Assembly (NCBI GenBank): GCA_943789275.1 | Contig: CALSTM010000003.1 | Location: 150,001-182,000, forward strand | Length of the DNA stretch: 32,000 bases | Source of the DNA: Candidatus Poseidoniaceae archaeon | Lineage (GTDB): Archaea > Thermoplasmatota > Poseidoniia > Poseidoniales > Poseidoniaceae | Direction: 5' to 3' | In this document: positions 16,134 through 23,005 of the stretch, piece by piece | How positions within the stretch are numbered: position 1 is the first letter of the stretch | Layout: every line of letters begins with the position of its first letter | Translations under genes and position numbers: made by a program | The notes under the pieces: model-generated | Databases searched by the model: none | What the model was told of the DNA's origin: nothing | What the model saw: only the letters and a program-made list of their open reading frames with translations

Positions 16134-16204
16134 TTTTGAAAAAAACAAAGATTTCGATATTTTCCATTCGATTTACTTAAGAGGGCTTATCGATAGGGCC
16201 GGAT

Positions 16205-17962
16205 ATGTCTCTTGCACCAACGGATTACGACTTCGGCATCGCCGCCAACTACGCCTTTGCTACAACAATTACCTGCGCCAATGAAGATGCACGAAAAATG
16301 TTCGTTGAAGCCTATGGCCACATGATAAATTACAACCACGAACAAGCCATTGCATGCTTCAGCAAAGTCACAGAACTCGACCCAACATGCGCTATGGCTT
16401 GGTGGGGAATCGCTTACTGTGTTTCATCGAATTACAATTGGAGCCCAGGACTTGGCTCGGGCCACGACTCAATCCAAACAGCAGTCTCCCTCAAAGAAGG
16501 GTGCACGGAACTTGAGTGCGACCTCATTGACGCCTTGGCACAACGCCACTCTGCTGAAGCACGTGACGCAGCAGACCCAACCGTTCTCAACATGGGTAAC
16601 AGCCCTGAATTGAATGTAGCGTTCGCTGAAGCAATGGAACCACTGTATCGAAAGTACGCTGGAAACTTGGATGTTACTGCCATTTACGTCGAGGCTCTCA
16701 TGAATTTGAAGGCTTGGCAACTGTGGGACAAGAACACTGCATCCGGAGAAATCACACCGGCTGATGACAACACCTTACTTTTGGTGAAGGTTATGGAAGA
16801 TGCGTTCGATAACATCGAAGATGCAAAGCAACATGTGGCATTGTGCCACTTGTATTGTCACGCTCTCGAATTGTCACCTTTCCCAGAGCGTGCGCTACCG
16901 GCCGCAGATGTTCTTCGCACCGTCATGCCAGGTATGGGGCACCTTGTCCACATGCCATCGCACATTGACGCGTGGGTCGGACAGTGGAAAGAAGCGATTG
17001 AATGCAACATCGCTGCGGTTGAAGCCGACGACAAGTACGTTGAACTGACCGGCAACGAATCACAATTCTACAAGTTTTACCGTATGCACAACCACCACTT
17101 CGTCGTCTGGTGTGCAATGTTTGAAGGACAATATGAAACTGCTCTCAAGTACGCTCGAAAAGCAGTCGATACCCTCCCTGCCGGTGATGAGAACTCTGGC
17201 GTTCAATTCATGCTTGCTGGAATCATTCCAATGGGCGCTATTTTCCTTGAATCCTACGTTACCATGCCATGGCACGTCATGATTCGATTCGGAAAGTGGG
17301 ATGAAATCATCGCTGAACCAATGTATTCTGACAAGGATGTCTTCCCTGCAACCATCGCAACACAACACTACGCTCGTGGTGTCGCTTTTGCATCAAAGGG
17401 AATGGTCGCTGAGGCTGAGGCAGAACAAGTTCTGTTCGAAGAAGCACTCACAAACCCAGCACTTGCAGGCCGTGTTTTGCACAACAATTTGATGTATCAA
17501 GACCCAAGTGAAGGACCTTGTATCTTGTTGGTTAATGCTGCTGTTCTTGCAGGAGAAATCGAATACCGAAAGCAATTCCAAGCAAAGGCTCGTGGAGAAG
17601 CATCTGACTTCACCGCTGCTTTCGATCACCTACGACGTGGTGTTGACCTCTCTCTCAACCTTGCTTACAACGAACCATGGGGCCAAATGCAACCGGTTCG
17701 CCACATCCTTGGAGCATTGCTCCATGAGCAAGGAGAATTCGAAGAGGCAGAAGCGGTTTACCGTGCTGACATCAAACTCTGGAAAGACAACATGTGGGGT
17801 CTCTTAGGTCTCAAACTCTGTCTTGAAGCTCGAGGAGATGCTCCTGAAGAACTCGCAGAAGTGACTGCTTTGTTCAACGAACGCAGTTCCCGGGCAGACA
17901 TCATTCCAGCCAAGACATGCTTCTGTGCTCAAGACAGCGTCGAGAAGAGCTGCTGCGATTGA
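16205..17962 (+). CDS. Cytoplasmic TPR-like helical-repeat protein (distantly TTC38-like pattern), Cys-rich C-terminus
   Basis: 585 aa with no signal peptide or TM. It has helical-repeat character (EQAIACFSKVTELDPTCAMAWWGIAY, GQYETALKYARKAV, GEFEEAEAVYRADIKLW). The motifs HLVHMPSHIDAWVGQW and YRMHNHHFVVW recall the His-rich motifs of the TTC38 family. It ends in KTCFCAQDSVEKSCCD. The family assignment is from memory and is not verified. Confidence 0.75.
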   Translation: MSLAPTDYDFGIAANYAFATTITCANEDARKMFVEAYGHMINYNHEQAIACFSKVTELDPTCAMAWWGIAYCVSSNYNWSPGLGSGHDSIQTAVSLKEGCTELECDLIDALAQRHSAEARDAADPTVLNMGNSPELNVAFAEAMEPLYRKYAGNLDVTAIYVEALMNLKAWQLWDKNTASGEITPADDNTLLLVKVMEDAFDNIEDAKQHVALCHLYCHALELSPFPERALPAADVLRTVMPGMGHLVHMPSHIDAWVGQWKEAIECNIAAVEADDKYVELTGNESQFYKFYRMHNHHFVVWCAMFEGQYETALKYARKAVDTLPAGDENSGVQFMLAGIIPMGAIFLESYVTMPWHVMIRFGKWDEIIAEPMYSDKDVFPATIATQHYARGVAFASKGMVAEAEAEQVLFEEALTNPALAGRVLHNNLMYQDPSEGPCILLVNAAVLAGEIEYRKQFQAKARGEASDFTAAFDHLRRGVDLSLNLAYNEPWGQMQPVRHILGALLHEQGEFEEAEAVYRADIKLWKDNMWGLLGLKLCLEARGDAPEELAEVTALFNERSSRADIIPAKTCFCAQDSVEKSCCD

Positions 17963-17972
17963 ATGCGTTGGC

Positions 17973-18764
17973 TCATTCCATCGGAGCGGTCATGCTCCAT
18001 GAGGTGCTTGGCTTGTGCCAGTCTCTGATTTGGTCGGTTTCAAGCCGTAATTGAAGGCCTTCACCAGCATCAATCTCAACGTCCATCATTTCGAAGGTAA
18101 CGCTGTGCTCATTGGTTCGGAATGTATCGTCGAAGAGGATTTCTTGTTCGATAACTGAACCATCGAGAGTTCGCTCAAGCAATACACGGACATGACACTC
18201 TTGCAGAGGATTGCGCAGTGCACATGACTCGCTGCTCCCATCGTGTTCGACGGTGACAACACCTTCGTACGATGCTGTGCCTTCAGAGGGCACCAAGTCA
18301 ATGATTGTGGATTTTGCTGTTGGAGCGCAGACACACTCCATGTTGTCGGATTCAACCATCGATGTTTTTTCAACGGTCACTTGGACGGTACTGATCTGGA
18401 TTGAATCGACGGAGGTGGAGGTCGCAGTAACGGTATAGAGGCCCGGTGAGGCAAAAGAGTGTGTGACGCTTTCACCTGTTGCAGCGTTCCCGTCGCCGAA
18501 GTCCCAAGAGACAACATCTCCAGCGGATACGGCGTTGAACATAAATTCGAAGAGTCGCTCTGTGATGACATCTTCCTCATCGTTATCGCCCTCGTCAATT
18601 TCAACAAGTGTGTATTCATTGATACCATAGACAACAGGTGCATCAATCGAAAAATCCCCGGAACTGGAGGAATTGGAACTTGTAAGGGCAATCAATGCGG
18701 CACCGGATGCGGCACTGAGCAACAATAACAAGACAATTGTAGCAATGGATAGAGTATACTTCAT
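17973..18764 (-). CDS. Secreted/anchored protein with a PKD domain
   Basis: N-terminal hydrophobic signal/anchor MKYTLSIATIVLLLLLSAASGAALIAL. PKD signature VSWDFGDGNAATGESVTHSFASPGLYTVTAT. The ATG at 18764 is preferred to the TTG at 18806. Confidence 0.8.
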   Translation of the reverse strand: MKYTLSIATIVLLLLLSAASGAALIALTSSNSSSSGDFSIDAPVVYGINEYTLVEIDEGDNDEEDVITERLFEFMFNAVSAGDVVSWDFGDGNAATGESVTHSFASPGLYTVTATSTSVDSIQISTVQVTVEKTSMVESDNMECVCAPTAKSTIIDLVPSEGTASYEGVVTVEHDGSSESCALRNPLQECHVRVLLERTLDGSVIEQEILFDDTFRTNEHSVTFEMMDVEIDAGEGLQLRLETDQIRDWHKPSTSWSMTAPME

Positions 18765-18833
18765 AGACAGAGAACCGAGGTTCACCTTTTGAACATCTGT
18801 TTCCAAAAAACGCGTGTTACAGTGGTTTCAACA

Positions 18834-19028
18834 TCATTTATTTGCGTCAACCCATGTGAAGAGCATCTTCAACACGCCACCAAGCGATTTCCCTTTTTCA
18901 GACATTGAATACTCAACCCGTGCAGGAACCTCTGCGCTGAAACTTTTCCGACTTAATAGCAATGCCTCATGCGATGGGTCAAGGAGGAATGAATGACATG
19001 AGTAAATGCGGATGTGGACGATCACCAA
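18834..19028 (-). pseudogene. Remnant of an HxlR-family winged-helix regulator (C-terminal wing and helix only)
   Basis: The last 45 aa or so, EALLLSRKSFSAEVPARVEYSMSEKGKSLGGVLKMLFTWVDANK, match the HxlR C-terminal pattern (R..y.e.PprVEYsLTekG..L..vl..l..W). No N-terminal HTH half was found in any minus-strand frame upstream: an in-frame TGA is present and the other frames are closed. Confidence 0.55.
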
Positions 19029-19117
19029 CAGGTATGTGCAAAGGATGGCACGGACTGACAGCTGAAGAATTTGAAGCGAAATTGAAAAAGTTCAAGGAAG
19101 AAAACCCTGAGGAATAA
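18998..19117 (+). CDS. Unannotated 39-aa Cys-rich miniprotein (MSKCGCGRSPTGMCKGWHGLTAEEFEAKLKKFKEENPEE), putative CxC-x7-C-x3-H metal knuckle
   Basis: It is below the 60-aa cutoff of the ORF track. AAGGAGG at 18981-18987 lies 10 nt before the ATG at 18998. Its TAA (19115-19117) is followed 2 nt later by the ATG of the next gene. An in-frame ATG also occurs at 18989. Confidence 0.6.
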   Translation: MSKCGCGRSPTGMCKGWHGLTAEEFEAKLKKFKEENPEE

Positions 19118-19119
19118 GT

Positions 19120-19374
19120 ATGGCCAGAAACTGGAATACAATTCTTCGCTGGGTTCACCTTCTTTTTGGATTATGTTTCTCCGTCTATTTCGGAGCAATC
19201 ACCTTCACTGACAACATCAACTTCTGGGACAGTCGTCCATGGGTCACTATGGCCATGGGGACTGCTGTCATGGGAATTGTGTTTTGGACTGGTATCATCA
19301 AGTGGCAACTCCCTCGGATCAAAAAATGGAACCGAAAGCGGAAGAAAGCCGCCGAGGCTCGAACGAAAGCTTGA
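19120..19374 (+). CDS. Hypothetical 84-aa 2-TM membrane protein with a Lys/Arg-rich C-terminal tail
   Basis: Hydrophobic segments are ILRWVHLLFGLCFSVYFGAITF and VTMAMGTAVMGIVFWTGII. The tail is RIKKWNRKRKKAAEARTKA. It is tightly coupled to the upstream miniprotein ORF. Confidence 0.65.
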   Translation: MARNWNTILRWVHLLFGLCFSVYFGAITFTDNINFWDSRPWVTMAMGTAVMGIVFWTGIIKWQLPRIKKWNRKRKKAAEARTKA

Positions 19375-19378
19375 ATCA

Positions 19379-19404
19379 GTCGTCGAATGAGTTTCGAAGT
19401 CGAC
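19379..19404. terminator. Bulged hairpin (GTCG-TCGAA-tgagt-TTCGA-agt-CGAC) between convergent genes
   Basis: The inverted repeats are read directly. The hairpin starts 5 nt after the TGA at 19372-19374. Its function is unproven. Confidence 0.25.
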
Positions 19405-19442
19405 GGTTATTGTGCCATGCAACCGGTTCTTCACCTTCTCAA

Positions 19443-20093
19443 TCATTCAGATTCAGAGGTATCGGAATTTTCTGGTCTTCGTAGAACTAACAGCCCTAAG
19501 AGCAAGACAGCTGCACCGCCAGTGCCCATTGCAACGTACAGCAACATATCTTCGGGCGTCATTGCTTCATCGTTCTCAGTGTTATCAGGCGAAGCATCCT
19601 CATTGACTCCGAAACTGCTGCCGATTGAAGGTGCAGTTGAAGCGTTGTGACTGTCCATGTCTTTGAACAATCGAATTGTGGCATTAACAACCGTTCCATC
19701 AGACCGAAGGTCTTGATACGCGTAATCACCTTCAGTCCAGTTGATATTGAATTCAACGACGTAACTGGTGTTGCATGAAGCATCGATTTTGGTGTTGTTC
19801 TCGTCTCTTTCACAATAGGCGTGAAGTTCCCCCGAATCCCAATCCAGGCTACCGTTGTACAGCCCGTCTCCATCGTGGTCGTGGACTAAACGGTGGGTGA
19901 GGTTCGATGCGTTATCGGTGTTGTACCAAATAATTGAATCGTTGTGGAATATTTCTGGTGCAGTTTGTGAGAAACCGTCTTCTTTGACAAGTACGGTAAA
20001 CGCGCTTGCAGTATGCGCATTTGCTTGCAATGGGGTGTATACGACAACCGTCAGAAGCAAAAACACGACCAGAGGGGCAAAGACTCGTCGCAT
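19443..20093 (-). CDS. Secreted acidic protein with a C-terminal TM anchor (possible cupredoxin-like beta-sandwich, non-canonical ligands)
   Basis: Signal peptide MRRVFAPLVVFLLLTVVVYTPLQANA. The strand pattern FTVLVKEDGFSQTAPEIFHNDSIIWYNTDNASNLTHRLVH resembles plastocyanin-like domains, but no Cys-x-His-x-Met copper site is visible. The C-terminus is LLYVAMGTGGAAVLLLGLLVLRRP. Confidence 0.65.
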   Translation of the reverse strand: MRRVFAPLVVFLLLTVVVYTPLQANAHTASAFTVLVKEDGFSQTAPEIFHNDSIIWYNTDNASNLTHRLVHDHDGDGLYNGSLDWDSGELHAYCERDENNTKIDASCNTSYVVEFNINWTEGDYAYQDLRSDGTVVNATIRLFKDMDSHNASTAPSIGSSFGVNEDASPDNTENDEAMTPEDMLLYVAMGTGGAAVLLLGLLVLRRPENSDTSESE

Positions 20094-20173
20094 GATTGAA
20101 TGCCTCGGCCTCAGATAGATAAATCATTCACACGACGGAGGGCTTCAAATATGACCCCTAAGTGGTCGATGCA

Positions 20174-22180
20174 ATGAAATTTAGTCATCTGTTCCGAAAC
20201 AGCGATGCTGCTGACAGAATCATCACCTTTGCTTTTGTTGCTTTGGTCGTTATTAGTTTGCTTTCCGCAACGGCATACCTTGCTCTTGGAGGCGATGAAA
20301 ATAATAAAACCGAATCCAATGAAACAGCGTGGGTTGACCCTGTGGTTGAAATTGAGGATGAACAACACAGCCACACCGATTTGCTGGCACACCGTCTGCA
20401 GACCGACAACATGGTTTTGATTGACTATCACAACCTCAACTGTGATGGAAACGTCGCACCACCACCAGAACTCGACAACGTTGCGGGACGGCCATGTTCT
20501 CCCGAGTTCAAGAACGTTGGACCGACTCCAGGAGACTCTTCTGAAATTTCCATTGAAGGCAATTTCATGGAAGACTGCGTGAAGAACCCAGACGGGACTG
20601 GCGGATGTTATGCATACGTCTCCTCGTACAATCAATTCGAAATCTTGGACATCTCGGAACCAAACAACATTGTCCTCCTCTCGACCTACTACGCTGAAAT
20701 TGGCCGAATGATTGACATCAAGGTGACGCCAGACAACAACTGGGTATTGGTTAATCACGAATTGACCAACAGTGACCTTGACCCGATTCCGACCGATGAC
20801 GATGCCAACAGCGGTGCAAACCGACTCGATGTCATCTCTGTGGTCAACAAGAACGAACCAATCAAGGTCGCTGAGTGGAACAATCCTCCGGCAGGCTTCC
20901 ACAATCAAGACATGCATGTCGATTGCGATTGGGAACCAGCAAACCCTCTGTGGTCCATTGAAGAGTGCCACCTGTTCCTCTACGGTGCAGACCCTTACCC
21001 GGAAATGGTCGAAGGGGATTCAGGAACATTCTACAAAGGAACTCAGATTTTCTATGTCCCTCTTGGCTTTGAATCTTGGAATCCAACTGCCACTGATGAA
21101 CAACAAAACGACAGCCGACAAATTATCCGATGGGGCGGATATTCTCCAGAACCAGAAACAACCTGCGGTGGATCAATTTTCAACCACGACAATGTGTTTC
21201 ACATTCATCCAATCACAGGTCAAAAACTTCTTTACATTTCGTACTGGGATGCTGGACTAAGAATCGTTGATGTTACCAACCCTCCAGAAGTCCCAGACCC
21301 AGAAGGCATCACATGGCCACAAGACAATGAAGTCGGCCGATGGCTTGGTTGCCCGAGCGCTGACGATGGATGGTACGGCCCTGATGGCGGCGGACACGCG
21401 AACATGTCTTCCGAAGAATGGGGTGGCAGCAGCGGCGCGCTCAACGGCAACGGTTGGATACACTATGCAGTTCCTTACGACCATCTGCTTTGCAACGGAG
21501 CCAAAGACACCGACCCAATGGAAACATGGGATGCTGAATGCGGCACTGGACCAAATGATGCCGAATTTGGCATCAACTGGCGCCACTTGACCATGATTGC
21601 TCCAGAGTACGGGACCAACACAAACCACACAGGTTACATTTGGACCATTGACACTACAGACCCTGCTAAACCGTTCTTGGTGAGTAAGTGGAAGCTCCCT
21701 GGTTCAAGCATCCTGCCCGACGGCACTGAACATCCTCACCATTACATCCCAGGCGGTTACATCTACAGCCCTCACAACGGTGACACCGGAACCAACGGTA
21801 ACGTCTACTGGACGCATTACCATGCTGGCAACTGGGTGACAGACCACAGTGATATTTGGCAAGACCTCGAGTGGGTTGACGGAACACCGGCTCCAGAAAT
21901 TGGCTTCCCTGCTATCGCAAAGATGTCGGAAACCAAAACAATGGGCTACTTCCTACCCTCGGGTCCAACTTGGATGGATGACCCCAAGGAAACCCTTGGC
22001 TACGACATGGCTGATTGTTGGGCTTCCTGTATGATACCGTTTGATTGGGGATTACAATATGACCCACGTGGGTATTTGTTTATCTCTGAAATGGTCTCAG
22101 GCGTCTACGTGGTTCAAATGGATGAAGACAAGAATCCAAACTTTGTCTATCCTCCGTTGTATCCATCGACCGAAGATTGA
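20174..22180 (+). CDS. Large N-terminally anchored extracellular protein with LVIVD-type beta-propeller repeats
   Basis: N-terminal TM IITFAFVALVVISLLSATAYLAL. Repeated motifs of the LVIVD-repeat kind are present: QFEILDISEPNNIVLLSTYY, AGLRIVDVTNPPEVPDP, YIWTIDTTDPAKPFLVSKW, GVYVVQMDEDKNP. The ATG at 20174 is preferred to the GTG at 20162. Confidence 0.75.
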   Translation: MKFSHLFRNSDAADRIITFAFVALVVISLLSATAYLALGGDENNKTESNETAWVDPVVEIEDEQHSHTDLLAHRLQTDNMVLIDYHNLNCDGNVAPPPELDNVAGRPCSPEFKNVGPTPGDSSEISIEGNFMEDCVKNPDGTGGCYAYVSSYNQFEILDISEPNNIVLLSTYYAEIGRMIDIKVTPDNNWVLVNHELTNSDLDPIPTDDDANSGANRLDVISVVNKNEPIKVAEWNNPPAGFHNQDMHVDCDWEPANPLWSIEECHLFLYGADPYPEMVEGDSGTFYKGTQIFYVPLGFESWNPTATDEQQNDSRQIIRWGGYSPEPETTCGGSIFNHDNVFHIHPITGQKLLYISYWDAGLRIVDVTNPPEVPDPEGITWPQDNEVGRWLGCPSADDGWYGPDGGGHANMSSEEWGGSSGALNGNGWIHYAVPYDHLLCNGAKDTDPMETWDAECGTGPNDAEFGINWRHLTMIAPEYGTNTNHTGYIWTIDTTDPAKPFLVSKWKLPGSSILPDGTEHPHHYIPGGYIYSPHNGDTGTNGNVYWTHYHAGNWVTDHSDIWQDLEWVDGTPAPEIGFPAIAKMSETKTMGYFLPSGPTWMDDPKETLGYDMADCWASCMIPFDWGLQYDPRGYLFISEMVSGVYVVQMDEDKNPNFVYPPLYPSTED

Positions 22181-22189
22181 GTCATAATT

Positions 22190-22609
22190 TCACTCGGCAT
22201 TTGCCGGATTTGAAAAGTATGGAATGAACATACTCCCTAAGATGGCTGTAGTGTAATGCAACACCGTAGTCAAGACGTATGCATCACCGGTTGGAAGGTC
22301 TCGGTTGGCAATTGGAAGCGTCATAAGCGTCGCCATCGAGAGAGCAAGAAGTGTGAACATAATGCGGGATTTATCGCTCCATCGTTCCTCAATTTTGGTC
22401 CAAACCAATGTACCTATCCACCCCGGAACAATTCCTCCGCCGATGACGGTGCCCATTGCAAATATGGGAAGCGGAATCTCACCACCAATCCGACTAACGG
22501 GGGTGGTGTCGTATCCAATAACCACCATGGCTCCCAAAATAAAGAGGTTGAGACCGCCCATGACACATGATGCTTTCAACCCAGCACGAGCGTGTTTCTT
22601 CCAGTTCAT
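22190..22609 (-). CDS. Hypothetical 139-aa polytopic membrane protein (about 4 TM)
   Basis: Four hydrophobic segments: VMGGLNLFILGAMVVIGY, LPIFAMGTVIGGGIVPGWIGTLVW, IMFTLLALSMATLMTLPI, YVLTTVLHYTTAILGSMFIPYF. A T-rich/TATA-like tract (ccttttttatca on the minus strand) lies upstream. Confidence 0.6.
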   Translation of the reverse strand: MNWKKHARAGLKASCVMGGLNLFILGAMVVIGYDTTPVSRIGGEIPLPIFAMGTVIGGGIVPGWIGTLVWTKIEERWSDKSRIMFTLLALSMATLMTLPIANRDLPTGDAYVLTTVLHYTTAILGSMFIPYFSNPANAE

Positions 22610-22664
22610 GCACGATGCAAAACAGTACCGATGATAAAAAAGGTAGTTACAGTCAAAGCATCAA

Positions 22665-22931
22665 TCAAAGTTTACCGCTGTACACGAGAAACCCAATTCC
22701 CAAAGCGATGACGGTTGTAAACAGCAGCGATGCCCCAATGATTCCACCTACAAAACCAAACACGGTCTTGAGAATGGTGATAACTTTTTCACCCAATGCC
22801 ACGTCAAGATTTGGCAGATGAATATTTGTCGATTGATCGACATGTGTATTTTGGGTTGTATTGTGTACATCTCCAACATGCACATCGCCAGCAACTGCAG
22901 AATCTTGGATCATTGGTGTTGATTCAGACAT
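22665..22931 (-). CDS. Hypothetical 88-aa tail-anchored protein with a His/Asp-rich N-terminal region
   Basis: N-terminus AVAGDVHVGDVHNTTQNTHVDQSTNIH. The C-terminal hydrophobic region is ITILKTVFGFVGGIIGASLLFTTVIALGIGFLVY. On the minus strand, TCTATAA sits about 22 nt upstream of the ATG (TATA-like). Confidence 0.55.
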   Translation of the reverse strand: MSESTPMIQDSAVAGDVHVGDVHNTTQNTHVDQSTNIHLPNLDVALGEKVITILKTVFGFVGGIIGASLLFTTVIALGIGFLVYSGKL

Positions 22932-23005
22932 AGTACGGCCTTGCGTTCAACAGTTATAGATTCGAGTTTGTTTGAAACGGGGATTTCAATGGGATGCCGA
23001 GAGTT

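Noticed and set aside
18814-18996. A 60-aa + strand ORF between the PKD gene and the miniprotein gene.
   Set aside because: It is antisense to the HxlR-like remnant, whose translation has a recognisable family pattern. The + strand product has no features and no start context.
20111-20971. A 286-aa minus-strand ORF overlapping the 5' part of the 672-aa LVIVD-repeat gene.
   Set aside because: Its V/I/F/R/N-rich translation is the mirror image of the Asp/Glu/Asn-rich codons of the + strand gene. It has no recognisable motif, no start context, and lies entirely within a well-supported gene. This is a typical antisense shadow ORF.
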